This document shows positions 62,133 through 64,000 of a stretch of DNA of 64,000 nt, in pieces (within the stretch, counting starts at the first letter, position 1; the number at the start of each line of letters is the position of its first letter). Under the pieces are notes generated by a model. That model saw only the letters and a program-made list of their open reading frames with translations. It did not search any database and was not told the origin of the DNA. Location of the stretch: NCBI RefSeq assembly GCF_018350175.1, contig NC_058368.1:81656001-81720000 (forward strand), given 5' to 3'. Source of the DNA: Felis catus (Eukaryota). The translations under genes and the position numbers were made by a program.

Positions 62133-62689
62133 CATAACCGTCATTACCATCATCATTAAGCAATGATGAATATTCCTAGGAAGTTCAGGTGTTTATAAAT
62201 CAGGGGGGGGGGAGGATATTTGAAAAGGACACTTTTCCATTCTTCCTGAGCTAGTCCCAGGTGACAGTTCCATCATTAGGGTCTGAGGCTACTGAATAAC
62301 TACACGAGTCAGAATCCAAGATTCTCATTTACTCCGAATCTGTCACAAGGAATCTTGTGGATACATTTATTGCTTTTGTTTTATTAAGAGAAAGCTCAGT
62401 AGTTCACACAGCAAACACGTTTGTAAAGATCAGTGTTACTTCCACGTTTTCCCAAGTCGCTGTCTCTCAGGAGACAGATTCTTCCCTCTGCTTCTTATCT
62501 AACATGCAATTAACAGAATTGACTTTTTAGAACTTGGCTCATGATCCTCAGGGCAGCTTCCTGGGTCCTTCCAGGCCAGGGTGACACACGGGACACTGCA
62601 CTCTCCTTTGGAAACTTTAACACAGGTTTTCACCGCATCTTTGTTTTGAAGATTAGGTGGCTGCTGTCATCTCCCCACTGGGCCACTTG

Positions 62690-62830
62690 ATGAGCCCAGG
62701 GGCTGTGTGTGTCCTTACCTGATGTCAGCCCCAGGCCCCGGTGCAACGTCTGGCACACAGGGGTTCTGCATACGTGGTTGTCGAATGAATAAATGTGAGG
62801 ACAGACGAACATATGGATAAACGAAATGAT
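62690..62830 (+). mobile_element. L2 3'-end relic
   Basis: TCTGGCACACAG...TTGTCGAATGAATAAATG. Confidence 0.55.
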
Positions 62831-64000
62831 GCTGTTAGTTTCCAATGCCTGGTCATTATTTTAGACTTTATACTATAAAAACTTGGAATTTCACCTTTTT
62901 GTAATAGCTTTTCAGTATCTTTAGCAAGAACATCAGATTCAGACATTTAAACATACTGCTTTGCTTTTACACCCATCTGTTTGTCATCCTTATTCAGAAT
63001 ATGCCATAGGCTTTATCTTACCGATCTTTATCAGAGTAGAGTTGCATTCAACCAAAACTATCATCAGTTCCTGTTTTATATCATTGTATAATTTGTGTAT
63101 TTATTTATCTATTGAATTGGTTCCTTACAAAAAGAAGCTTATTGGGACATTTGACAGAACCTTAAAAGAAAAACATTTTCATTTGTTGTATTTATTTTAT
63201 TAAATTGATTTGAATTTAAGAGTTCTGTGTCAGAAAACCTCAAGTTTCACCTCACCTATAGCATAAGGGTAAATTTACCAGAAAAAGTAAGAAGTTGTCC
63301 TGTCATTATGTAAGTGAGTACCAAAAGAGTAAAAATGCTTCATGATTAATGCATGTAGCTCTTAACATTCTAGCCATCTGTGCTTTATGTGGTCTGCCGG
63401 TTTGTTAATAATGCATTACTATTTGTTTCTATCCCAAATAAGTTGCATGACAGGAAAAGACACCAAGTTTTTTTAAGACACCAAAATTTTAACCCACTTC
63501 ATGAAATCTGAATTTCATGTCAGGTGTGGATAAACCTCCCCTCCCCTCTTCTTCTCTCCCACCCCCTCCCACCCCCTCCCAAGCCAACCCAAGCCAACCC
63601 AACCCACCTGATCCCATCCCATCTCTGTCCCAGTCCATCTCTGTCCCATCCCAAACCACTCTTGGGCCATGTCGGCCAATACTGTTTTCCAATGTACCTA
63701 TTTCACCATGTTATTCATTTATTACCTTAGAATCCTTTAATTCCCTTGTTCTGTCCTGGCCACAAGCCCTGTATTCAGAGTAGATAGTGTGAGTACACTC
63801 TGGCCCATCTGATGCTAACATTATAGCTGCTGTCCATGTCAATAGCTGGGTGCTAAACATTTTGAATTTCTCTCCAGCTATATGACTTGGTAAATGTTGC
63901 CCTTAAAGGGTCCCTGTGCTGTGGGGAGGAGTGGAAACTTTATTTCCCCGAGGCCTGGTGGCAGGAAGTGAGGCAGAGAATTCTTTCCCGTCACTCCCTG

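Noticed and set aside
8800..64000. Neighbouring genes expected from human synteny (ATP11AUN/ATP11A)
   Set aside because: No P4-ATPase exon or second strong promoter island is recognisable, so they cannot be called from this sequence.

Overview
Mammalian genomic DNA from a cat-family carnivore, judged from the dense feline-type tRNA-derived Can-SINEs. The only recognisable coding sequence is coding exon 1 of TUBGCP3 (gamma-tubulin complex component 3) on the minus strand at 8087-8162, inside a CpG-island promoter (~7550-8520). Bases 1-8086 are the start of intron 1. The remaining ~55 kb is upstream intergenic DNA made up of about 30 Can-SINEs (several nested or repeatedly inserted at one target), decayed L1/L2/MIR, several LTRs, hAT DNA-transposon relics and GC-rich minisatellites. 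The other ORFs in the track are explained by SINEs, repeats or GC richness. I found no new multi-gene system. The most notable observations are a SINE-spacer-SINE cassette inside one target duplication, a class II ERV-type solo LTR with a perfect 6-bp TSD pointing at TUBGCP3, a strong-context uORF on the promoter YY1 site, and a tandem array of AGGTCA half-sites. Repeat family names come from my recall of consensus sequences, not from a database search, and boundaries of old repeats are approximate.
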